A stretch of DNA of 40,415 bases. Source: a virus (lineage: Duplodnaviria > Caudoviricetes). A program made the position numbers and the translations under genes. Location: positions 1 through 40,415 of the IMG/VR virus record IMGVR_UViG_3300042360_000483; one strand, written 5' to 3'. Positions 24,570-32,718 of this stretch are shown here, one piece after another. The first letter of the stretch is position 1; each line of letters begins with the position of its first letter. The notes beneath the pieces were generated by a model that did no database searches, was not told where the DNA came from, and saw only the letters and a program-made list of their open reading frames with translations.

Positions 24570-25604
24570 ATGCACCAGCATCTGCTGTCACTCGTTGCCG
24601 TGGCCTGCGCTCTGCGGGCCGGCGAAATCTCGTCCGTGCAGTTGCTGCCGGCGGGTGAGTTCGCGGCATCCGATGGCCGGCCTGGCGCCGGCAAAAAGTG
24701 GTCGCTCTCCGACGCTCAAGGCCGGCTCGTGGCGCAGGCTATCAACGCGCGGGGCAATGAGTTCGTGATCGACTACGAGCACCAGACGATGCTCAGCGCA
24801 GACAACGGGCTGCCGGCGCCTGCTGCTGGATGGGCGCGCAGTGTCGAGTGGCGCGATGGCGTGGGCCTGTTTGCCGTTGACGTGCGCTGGACCGAGCGCG
24901 CGCAGGCCATGCTGGCCGCCGGTGAGTACCGCTACGTGTCGCCGGTGCTGGTGGCCGACAAGTCCGGCGCCGTGGTCGATGTCCTGCATGCCGCGCTGGT
25001 CAACGTGCCCGGTCTGGACATGCTGCCCCCCCTTACCGACGCGCTGGCGGCGCGTAACGACGACCCCCGCCGACTCCACACGAGGACTGCAATGGACTTG
25101 CTCAAACGCATCGTGGCCGCGCTCAAGCTCGCGGCCGAATCCACCGAGGACCAGGCGCTGGCTGCCATCGACGCGCTGAGCGCCGCCGCCGCCCGCTCGA
25201 CCGAACTGGAAACGCAAGTCGCCTCGCTCAAGAGCACGGCCGGCGCCGGCAACGACGCCATCAAGGCGCTGCAGAACGAGGTTGCGACGCTGCGCGCGGC
25301 CACCGCCAGGCGCGAGCAGGACGAGCTGATCGCCAGCGCGCTCGCCAGCGGCAAGCTCCTGCCCGCGCAAGAGACCTGGGCGCGCACCCTGACGCCCGAG
25401 GCGCTCAAGGGCTACGTGGAGTCCGCGCCGGCCATTGCGGCGCTCAAGGGCACGCAGACCGGTGGCAAGGGCGAAGAGCGCAACGACGTCGCCGACGCCG
25501 AGGCGCTGCGCCAGAAGGCTGCCAAATACATCGCCGACCAGGCCGCGCTGGGCTTCACGGTGCAGCCGCACGTGGCGGTGGCGCACGTCAAGCGCGCGGC
25601 CTGA
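24570..25604 (+). CDS. Prohead protease (Mu gpI) with C-terminal scaffold
   Basis: QLLPAGEF, VIDYEHQT, PAPAAGW, WTERA, EYRYVSPV, ALVNVPGL. Confidence 0.92.
   Translation: MHQHLLSLVAVACALRAGEISSVQLLPAGEFAASDGRPGAGKKWSLSDAQGRLVAQAINARGNEFVIDYEHQTMLSADNGLPAPAAGWARSVEWRDGVGLFAVDVRWTERAQAMLAAGEYRYVSPVLVADKSGAVVDVLHAALVNVPGLDMLPPLTDALAARNDDPRRLHTRTAMDLLKRIVAALKLAAESTEDQALAAIDALSAAAARSTELETQVASLKSTAGAGNDAIKALQNEVATLRAATARREQDELIASALASGKLLPAQETWARTLTPEALKGYVESAPAIAALKGTQTGGKGEERNDVADAEALRQKAAKYIADQAALGFTVQPHVAVAHVKRAA
25092..25604 (+). CDS. Scaffolding protein (Mu gpZ-like), in-frame internal start
   Basis: GAGGA RBS before in-frame ATG 25092; helical C-terminal region. Confidence 0.65.
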   Translation: MDLLKRIVAALKLAAESTEDQALAAIDALSAAAARSTELETQVASLKSTAGAGNDAIKALQNEVATLRAATARREQDELIASALASGKLLPAQETWARTLTPEALKGYVESAPAIAALKGTQTGGKGEERNDVADAEALRQKAAKYIADQAALGFTVQPHVAVAHVKRAA

Positions 25605-25658
25605 CGCCGGCGGCCGCACGCAACCCGACCGACACCCCACAGCGCCAAGGAGCGACAC

Positions 25659-26033
25659 ATGGGTCAGCTTGTAGCAGTACGCAGCTTCGTGGCCGAGGCC
25701 GCGATCAACGCCAACCGCATCGTGACGTTCGGCGCGAGCGACGACAACGTCGTTCAGGCCAGCGCGGTGACCAGTCAGATGATCGGCGTGGTCGAAGGTG
25801 TGGCGCCGGCGCTCGGTGAGCGCTGCGACGTGGTCATGACCGGCATCGCCGACGTGCAGATCGGCGGCACCGTCACCCGTGGCGCCTACCTGACCAGCAA
25901 CGCGACCGGTCAGGGCGTGGCGGCCGCGCCGGCCGCTGGCACCAACAACAACGTGATCGGCATGGCGCTGCAGAGCGGCGTGTCCGGCGACATCATCCCG
26001 GTGCTCGTGGCACCGAGCCGCATCCAGGGCTGA
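25659..26033 (+). CDS. Capsid decoration/cement protein (DUF2190-like)
   Basis: 124 aa Gly/Ala/Val-rich, between protease and capsid genes; AAGGAG RBS. Confidence 0.75.
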   Translation: MGQLVAVRSFVAEAAINANRIVTFGASDDNVVQASAVTSQMIGVVEGVAPALGERCDVVMTGIADVQIGGTVTRGAYLTSNATGQGVAAAPAAGTNNNVIGMALQSGVSGDIIPVLVAPSRIQG

Positions 26034-26073
26034 CGCCAGCCAGCCACACAACGACCGACACCGGAGAGCATCA

Positions 26074-27006
26074 ATGGCGATTCGCCCGTTTCCTGTCAAC
26101 GCCGAGCTGACCGCCGTCGCGGCGCTCTATCGCAACCCCGATGTTGCGCTGATCGCCGACGACGTGCTGCCGCGCACGCCGGCCAGCGCATCGTTCAAGT
26201 ACCTAAACTGGGACCTCGCGCAGGGCTACTCGGTGCCGGATCTCAAGGTCGGGCGGAAGAGCTACCCGAATGAGGTCGAGTTCCGGGGCACCGAGATCGC
26301 CGACACGGTGCTGGACTACGCGATCGACGACTTCGTGCCCAATCAGGACATCGACGACGACAACCAGGGCCTCGATCCGCTGGGTGCCGCCACGACCTAC
26401 CTGACCGGGCTGCTGCGGCTCGGCCGCGAAGTGCGTGCGGCCAACCTCGTGTTTGCGCAGGCCACCTATCCTCTGGGGAACCGCACGGCGCTCAGCGGTA
26501 CCAGCCAGTGGTCCGACTACACCAACAGCGACCCGGTCACCGCGATCCTCAACGCGCTCGACATCCCGGTCATGCGGCCCAACGTCGCGGTGTTTGGCCA
26601 ACGCGTGTGGACGCGGCTGCGCAATCACCCGCGCGTCGTGAGCGCCGTGTTCGGCAGCAACCAGAGCGGCCAGCTCGTCACCCGCCAGATGATGGCTGAG
26701 GTGCTGGAGGTGCAGGCGGTGTACGTGGGGGCGGGGTTCGTCAACACCGCCAAGCCGGGTCAGACGGCATCGCTGGCGCGGGTGTGGGGCAACCACGCGG
26801 CGTTCATGTACCGCGACCGGGCCGCCGGCCCGCAGGCCGGCACGACCTTCGGGTTCACCGCCGAACGCACCGGCGTCATGGTCGGTCTGATCAGCGACGA
26901 CAAGCGCGGCATCAGCGGCGGACAGACGGTGCGCGTGATGGAGCGCGTCAAGGAGGTTGTCAGCGCCAACGCGCTCGGCTACTACTTCGAGAACGCCGTC
27001 GCCTGA
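26074..27006 (+). CDS. Major capsid protein
   Basis: 310 aa after the decoration gene; IADDVLP, QWSDY...SDP, GYYFENAV. Confidence 0.85.
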   Translation: MAIRPFPVNAELTAVAALYRNPDVALIADDVLPRTPASASFKYLNWDLAQGYSVPDLKVGRKSYPNEVEFRGTEIADTVLDYAIDDFVPNQDIDDDNQGLDPLGAATTYLTGLLRLGREVRAANLVFAQATYPLGNRTALSGTSQWSDYTNSDPVTAILNALDIPVMRPNVAVFGQRVWTRLRNHPRVVSAVFGSNQSGQLVTRQMMAEVLEVQAVYVGAGFVNTAKPGQTASLARVWGNHAAFMYRDRAAGPQAGTTFGFTAERTGVMVGLISDDKRGISGGQTVRVMERVKEVVSANALGYYFENAVA

Positions 27007-27044
27007 TCGAGCTGAAGTCTCTACACGCACAAGGCGGAGCACAC

Positions 27045-27218
27045 ATGAGCAAGTACAAGGCACTCACGAACATCGACCACGACGGCAAGCGCTACTCGCC
27101 CGGCGACATCATCGAGCTGACCGACGAGCAGCAGGTGGAGTACCTGCAGCAAGCCAACGCGATCGAGGAGGCGACCGCCGACGAGGCGGCCGCCGGCAAG
27201 AGGCCCAAGAAGGCGTAG
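27045..27218 (+). CDS. Small hypothetical head-associated protein
   Basis: GGAG RBS; IDHDGKRYSPGDIIEL. Confidence 0.7.
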   Translation: MSKYKALTNIDHDGKRYSPGDIIELTDEQQVEYLQQANAIEEATADEAAAGKRPKKA

Positions 27219-27249
27219 GCCCGCCACCATTCACTGACGTTGCCGCGCC

Positions 27250-27684
27250 ATGACCTACGCGACCGCGCAGGACCTCATCGACCGCTTTGGCGAGCGTGAG
27301 CTGGTGCAGCTCACGGACATCGACGAGCCCCGCACGGATGCGGTGGTCACGGTGCGCGTGCAGCGCGCGCTGGATGATGCGGTGGCCGAGATCGACGGCT
27401 ACCTGGCCGGGCTGTACACGCTTCCGCTTACTGCCGTGCCGGCCACGTTGCGCCGGGTGGCGGTTGATCTGGCGCGGTATCACCTCGGCGGCGTGGCGAC
27501 GGATGGCGTTGAGGCCAAGCGGTACGACGACGCCATCAAGTTTCTTCGCCTGGTGGCGGCCGGCAGCGTGCGGTTGGGCGTGGACGCGACCGGCAGCGAG
27601 CCGCCGGCAGCGGGCAACACGGTGGAGATTGTCACCGGCAGCAAGGTGTTTGCTCGTGAGACGTATGACCACGGGTGTTACTGA
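27250..27684 (+). CDS. Head-tail adaptor (Mu gp36 / DUF1320)
   Basis: MTYATAQDLIDRFGERELVQLTD...IDGYLAGLYTLPL...RYDDAIKFL. Confidence 0.9.
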   Translation: MTYATAQDLIDRFGERELVQLTDIDEPRTDAVVTVRVQRALDDAVAEIDGYLAGLYTLPLTAVPATLRRVAVDLARYHLGGVATDGVEAKRYDDAIKFLRLVAAGSVRLGVDATGSEPPAAGNTVEIVTGSKVFARETYDHGCY

Positions 27685-28142
27685 TGGTCCTGTCGGACGA
27701 CTGGCTGGCCGTGGGTCGGCAGATCATCGAGCGTCTGCGCGAGCAGGTGCCCGAGCTGACGGACGTGCTGCCTGTGGCGGAGATTGGCGACCTGGACGAG
27801 CTGGAGCGGCTTCGCTCGCCGATGGCCTACGTGGCCTACGGCGGCGACGTCAACGTGACAAGCAGCACGGCAGGCCGCGCAGTGAAGTGCCGGCAGGTGT
27901 GGTTTGCGGTGCTGGCGGTGCGCAACGTGCGGCCGGGCAGCGACGCGGTGGGAGACAGCCACCGCCAGGCCGGGCCGCTGCTGCGCAAGATGATGGGTGC
28001 GCTGCTCGGCTACAAGCCGGCGGCGGCATCGGGCGAGCTGCTGCGGGTCACCGGGCCGGCGCCCTCGTACGGCAACAAGTTTGCGCTCTACCCGCTGCAG
28101 TTCGAGGTGGATGCGCGCGTGGTACTGGCAACGGCGGCATGA
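27684..28142 (+). CDS. Tail terminator (Mu gp37-like)
   Basis: Position after gp36; LLGYKP...LYPLQF. Confidence 0.7.
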   Translation: MVLSDDWLAVGRQIIERLREQVPELTDVLPVAEIGDLDELERLRSPMAYVAYGGDVNVTSSTAGRAVKCRQVWFAVLAVRNVRPGSDAVGDSHRQAGPLLRKMMGALLGYKPAAASGELLRVTGPAPSYGNKFALYPLQFEVDARVVLATAA

Positions 28143-28162
28143 GCTGCACTGGAGACTGAGCG

Positions 28163-28909
28163 ATGGCACTTAACACGATCGTCAAGCCGTATGCCGGCGT
28201 GGGCAAGGTCTACGCCCGACGCTACGGCGTGGCCGAGGCACTGCGCGAGGTGGGCAACTGCTCCAACCTCTCGGTCAGTTACGAGGAGGACGCGCGCGAG
28301 CAGACCGACTTCACCAAGGGCGGCGGCGGCGTGTACGCCTCCATCAAGCGGATCAACAACGCGACCTGCAGCTTCACTTGGCTGGACTTCTCGCCGCGCA
28401 ACCTGCGCGAGGTGCTGTTCGGTGGCGTGACGGTCACGACCGGCGGCACGGTGGTCAACGAGGCGTCCGTCGCGTATCGCGGCGGCCTGAGCAAGACGGT
28501 GCACCCGAATCCGACCGTGGTCACGGTCCAGAACCAGGCCGGCACCGTCACGTACGTCAACAACACCGATTACGAGGTGCGCGGCGGCGGCATCTGGATC
28601 ACGCCCAACTCGGCCATGACCGATGGACAGGCAATCCGCTTCAACTACACCTATGCGGCCTACGACACCATCGAGGGCCTGATCGCATCGGCCCCGGAAC
28701 TCGAAATGCTGTTCGAGGGCGTTAACGAGGCGGACAGCAACACGTTCGTCAACCTCGACCTGTGGCGCGTCAAGCTGGGACCCCCAAGCGATGTGCAGTT
28801 CATTTCCGAGGAGTTTGGTCAGCTCGAGATCGAGGCCACGCTGATCAGCGACCCGACCAAGACCGGCGCCGGCATCAGCAAGTTCCTGCGCGTGCGGCAA
28901 GCGAGCTAG
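28163..28909 (+). CDS. Major tail tube protein
   Basis: 248 aa, VGNCSNL, FEGVNEA; directly before the tape measure gene. Confidence 0.78.
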   Translation: MALNTIVKPYAGVGKVYARRYGVAEALREVGNCSNLSVSYEEDAREQTDFTKGGGGVYASIKRINNATCSFTWLDFSPRNLREVLFGGVTVTTGGTVVNEASVAYRGGLSKTVHPNPTVVTVQNQAGTVTYVNNTDYEVRGGGIWITPNSAMTDGQAIRFNYTYAAYDTIEGLIASAPELEMLFEGVNEADSNTFVNLDLWRVKLGPPSDVQFISEEFGQLEIEATLISDPTKTGAGISKFLRVRQAS

Positions 28910-28950
28910 CGCAGGCTGACAGGTTGTCTCCTCCTCACGGTGGTGAGGTT

Positions 28951-28977
28951 ACGGCGGGCCTGGCCCGCCGTTTTTTT
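28951..28977 (+). terminator. Intrinsic terminator
   Basis: ACGGCGGGC-ctg-GCCCGCCGT followed by a T-run. Confidence 0.85.
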
Positions 28978-29000
28978 GAACGGCACGGACAAGCGCAGCC

Positions 29001-32000
29001 ATGACCACGTATTCGGTCGGCGTCAAGCTCGATATCGCCTCGCGGGGCCTGGACAACATCCAGGCGCTGCTGAGCGAGCTGGACAAGAGCGGCGCGGCGA
29101 CGGCGCAGTTTCGCCAGCGCGCCGCCGAGCTGGGTCAGCAGCTCCAGCGGCTGGGGGCGGAGCAGGGGCTGATCGAGTCGTTCCGGCGGTCGAAGACCGA
29201 GGCCGAGGCGTCGGCCCGCGCCTACCAGCAGGCGCAGCAGCGCGCGCAAGAGCTCGGCCGCGCGCTGGCGGCGACCGAGGCGCCGTCGCGCCGCCAGGTG
29301 GCGGACATGGAGGCGGCGCGCACGGCGGTGCGCAACGCCTCCGATGCGTACCAGCAGCAGCAGCGCGCGCTGCAGGAGCTGCGCGGGCAACTGAGCGCCG
29401 CCGGCATTGCCAGCGACCAGTTGGCGGCCGCGCAGACGCGGGTGCGCCAGCAGACGGCCGACGTACAGGCCCAGCAGGGCCGCCTGGCGGCCGATCTGCG
29501 CGCGGTGGCGCAGCAGTCCACCGCCGCCGGCAACGCGGCTCAGACGGCCGGCAAACAGGCCCAGCGGGCATTTGCGGACGCGAGCGCCGAGACGCAGCGA
29601 TTTTCGGGCGGGCTGGAGGGCGTGGGCGGCCGGCTGCAGGCGGCCTTTGCCGCAGCGGGCCTCACCGTCACCGCGCAGAGCCTGGCGCAGATCGCCGATC
29701 AGTACAGCAACATCCTCGCGCGGCTCAGACTCACGGAGGGCAGCACCGAGGCGGCGCGCGCCGGCCTGCAGTCTGTGCTCGATGTGGCGCAGCGGACAAA
29801 CTCGTCTCTCGACGCCACGGCCACCCTCTACACGCGCATCGCGGCCAATGGGCGCGAGCTGGGTCTGAGCAACCAGCAGGTGCTCGGCCTGGTGGAGACC
29901 ATCAACAAGAGCATCCAGGTCAGTGGCGCCGGGGCGGCCGAAAGCGAGGCCGCGATCCGCCAGCTCGTGCAGGGCCTGCAGGCCGGCGCGCTGCGCGGCG
30001 AAGAGTTCAACTCCGTGGTCGAGCAGGCGCCGCGGCTCGCGCGCGCGCTGGCGGATGGCCTGGGCGTGCCGTTGGGCGCGCTGCGCGGGCTGGCTGAGCA
30101 GGGCAGGCTGACGACCGACGCGGTGGTGGGCGCGCTGCAGCAGCAGCGGCAGGCGATCGACAGGGAGTTCGAGTCGCTGCCCGACACGGTGGGTCGCGCG
30201 GCCGAGCGGCTGCGCAACTCGTGGATCGCGGCGCTTGGCGCGCTGGATCAGACGCGGGGGTTCTCGGCCAGCGCGGCGAGCGCGCTCGATGTGCTGGCGC
30301 GTAACGCGGGCACGCTGGTGGCGGTGGCCGAGGCGGCAGGCAACGCGATCATCGTGTTCCTGGGCGTGCGCGCGCTGCAAGCGTTGCTCAACTTCAGCGC
30401 CCAGGGCGGGAGTGCCCTCGGCAGCCTGCGCAACCAGATTTTGGAGACCGAAAAGCAGTTCGGCGTGCTCGGCCGGGCTGTCTCCTTGCTGCAGGCGGCG
30501 TTCGTCGGGTTTCAGGTCGGCTCTTTTCTCAACAACTTCGCGATCGTGCGCCAGGCCGGCGTGGCGATGGTGCGCGGCATTGTTGAGGCGATCGAGGTCG
30601 GTCGCCTGTCGTGGGAGAGCTTTGCGGCGATCTTCACGAGCGACACCATCGACCAGGCCATCGCGCGCTACCAGCAACGCATTGGCCAGGCGCGCGAGAT
30701 TTTCCGCCAGCAGTTCGCTGACGCCGGGCAGGATGTGGCGCCTGCGGTGCAAGCACTCGGCGCGGTCGGCACGGCTGCGACGAGCGAGGCGCAGAAGGTT
30801 TCTGCTCTGGCAAAGGAGTTTCCGCTGCTGGCCGGTGCGCTGGCGCCGGTGGGCTCGGCCGGGCAGGCCGCGGCGGCCGGGGTCGCGCAGGTGGGCGCGG
30901 CGGCGGCCAAAGCCGGCGCAGACCTCGACAAACTCTCGGTTGAGCAGCTTGCGCGGCTGAGGGTGGAGGCCGAGAGCGCGTTTGCGGCCGGCAAGATCAG
31001 CGCGGACCAGTTTTCCAGCGCGCTCAACACCGTGGCGGCCGGGGCCGCCAAGGCGCTGGGACAGGACTTCGCGCGGTTCTCGGCGATCGTCACGAAAGGT
31101 TTCGGCGACAACCTGGAGGCGCTCTCGACGCTGGTCCAGTCGCTCGACACGCTGCGCACGCAGGGCATCGACACCGGCGCGGCGCTCGCGGCCACGTTCG
31201 ACACGCTGACCTCGCGAGCGAGCAACCGTGCCGAGTTGGATGCGCTCGTGGCGCGCGTGCAGGCACTGGGGCAGGCCGGGGAGTTGAGCGGCGAGCAGGT
31301 CTCCAACGCGCTGGTCAAGATCAAGGCGCGCACGGACGAGCTGACGCCCGGCATCAACAGCGTGGCGGAGGCGTATCGCGCGCTCGGCGTGACCTCGCAG
31401 GCGGAGCTGGCCAAAAGCGCGGACGCGGCGCGCGAGGCGTTCGAGGTGCTGCGGCAGGGTCGCGTGCCGCTGGCCGATCTGCAGTCGGGCTTTGATCGCT
31501 ACGCGGAGGCGCAGGTCAAGGCGTTTGGCGAGACTCGCAGGGCGTTCCTGGAGCAGCAGGCCGCCGTGCTCGGGCTGGTGCCGAGCTGGCAGAAGGTGGC
31601 CGAGGCGGCGCGCGCCACCGGCGAGCAAGGCGCGGGCGCGGCGCGCAGCATCGCGCAGAGCGTGACGGAGGTCGGCCGCGCGGCGGACGACACCGCACGC
31701 AAGATCGCGCAGCTTGCGGAGCAGCTGCGGATCAGCCAAGAGGAGGCCGCCGTGCTGCAGGAGCGCATGACGCGGCTCAGGACCGACGTGCAGGGGTTTT
31801 CGCTCGACACGGCTGGCCAGCGCGTCAACGCGGCCGGGCGCACAGAGGAGCAGGCGCGACTGCAGATCAACGAGATCATCCGCAACGCGTTCGGCGCTGC
31901 TGCGCTGGGGGATGCAAACGCTCAGCAGTTTGCGCGCAACCAGCTGCGCATCCAGGACTTCCGCGCGTCGATTGAGCAGGGCTCGCGCGCGGCCGGATTG

Positions 32001-32315
32001 GGCGGCGGCCAGATCTCTCAGGACTTGACCGACCTGCTGGTCCGGCTCGAGCGCGATAACCAGGCGCTGGCCGGCCTGGTGACGCAGGGCCTCGCGGGCC
32101 GCCAGTCGCAGCCGACCCAGCCAAGCCGTGCCGCAACGCCGGGGACGGGCGGGCCGGTGCCGACCCAGGCCACCCCGAGCAGCACCGTGCGGGTGGTCTT
32201 CGAGGTGGGCGGTCAAGTGGGCAGCACGGAGGCGCTGTTCGAGGACGGCTCTTTCGTGCAGCGCCTGCTCGATGTGCTTCGCCGAGCGGGCGCGCGCTTT
32301 TCGACGGGGTTCTGA
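29001..32315 (+). CDS. Tail tape measure protein
   Basis: 1104 aa Ala/Gln-rich; tape-measure domain QLVQGLQAGALRGEEFNSVVEQAPRL. Confidence 0.93.
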   Translation: MTTYSVGVKLDIASRGLDNIQALLSELDKSGAATAQFRQRAAELGQQLQRLGAEQGLIESFRRSKTEAEASARAYQQAQQRAQELGRALAATEAPSRRQVADMEAARTAVRNASDAYQQQQRALQELRGQLSAAGIASDQLAAAQTRVRQQTADVQAQQGRLAADLRAVAQQSTAAGNAAQTAGKQAQRAFADASAETQRFSGGLEGVGGRLQAAFAAAGLTVTAQSLAQIADQYSNILARLRLTEGSTEAARAGLQSVLDVAQRTNSSLDATATLYTRIAANGRELGLSNQQVLGLVETINKSIQVSGAGAAESEAAIRQLVQGLQAGALRGEEFNSVVEQAPRLARALADGLGVPLGALRGLAEQGRLTTDAVVGALQQQRQAIDREFESLPDTVGRAAERLRNSWIAALGALDQTRGFSASAASALDVLARNAGTLVAVAEAAGNAIIVFLGVRALQALLNFSAQGGSALGSLRNQILETEKQFGVLGRAVSLLQAAFVGFQVGSFLNNFAIVRQAGVAMVRGIVEAIEVGRLSWESFAAIFTSDTIDQAIARYQQRIGQAREIFRQQFADAGQDVAPAVQALGAVGTAATSEAQKVSALAKEFPLLAGALAPVGSAGQAAAAGVAQVGAAAAKAGADLDKLSVEQLARLRVEAESAFAAGKISADQFSSALNTVAAGAAKALGQDFARFSAIVTKGFGDNLEALSTLVQSLDTLRTQGIDTGAALAATFDTLTSRASNRAELDALVARVQALGQAGELSGEQVSNALVKIKARTDELTPGINSVAEAYRALGVTSQAELAKSADAAREAFEVLRQGRVPLADLQSGFDRYAEAQVKAFGETRRAFLEQQAAVLGLVPSWQKVAEAARATGEQGAGAARSIAQSVTEVGRAADDTARKIAQLAEQLRISQEEAAVLQERMTRLRTDVQGFSLDTAGQRVNAAGRTEEQARLQINEIIRNAFGAAALGDANAQQFARNQLRIQDFRASIEQGSRAAGLGGGQISQDLTDLLVRLERDNQALAGLVTQGLAGRQSQPTQPSRAATPGTGGPVPTQATPSSTVRVVFEVGGQVGSTEALFEDGSFVQRLLDVLRRAGARFSTGF

Positions 32316-32716
32316 TGTCGCAGCACGTCTTGACGATTCCGCAGGCCGCCAGCGTGACGCTGAGCGGCCACATGCAGTGGACCGACGAGTTCGCCTGGCA
32401 GCCGGTGGTGCAGACGGGCAGCTACTCGCTTGACGGTGCTCTTGTGGTGGAGGCGGCCGTCAAGCAGGCCGGCCGGCCAATCACGCTGGCCGGCGCGCAA
32501 GACCGCGGATGGGTGACGCGGTCGGATGTGGTGGCGCTGCTCGCCGCAGCCGCGCGGCCCGGGCTTGTGATGCAGCTCACGCTGGATGACGGACGGCAGT
32601 TCGACGTGGTTTTCCGGCACGAGGACACGCCGCTGCAGGCTGAGCCGGTGCTGTTCCTGGTGCCCCTGGAGGCCACGGATGCCTACGTGGCCACGATCCG
32701 ACTCTTGGAGGTGTAG
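32315..32716 (+). CDS. Distal-tail-like protein
   Basis: WTDEFAWQPVVQ...GRPITL; directly after the tape measure gene. Confidence 0.65.
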   Translation: MSQHVLTIPQAASVTLSGHMQWTDEFAWQPVVQTGSYSLDGALVVEAAVKQAGRPITLAGAQDRGWVTRSDVVALLAAAARPGLVMQLTLDDGRQFDVVFRHEDTPLQAEPVLFLVPLEATDAYVATIRLLEV

Positions 32717-32718
32717 AG

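Noticed and set aside
28935-32216. 1093-aa minus-strand ORF (also 19523-22090, 32683-34773 and similar)
   Set aside because: Antisense shadows of real high-GC genes; no motifs or RBS
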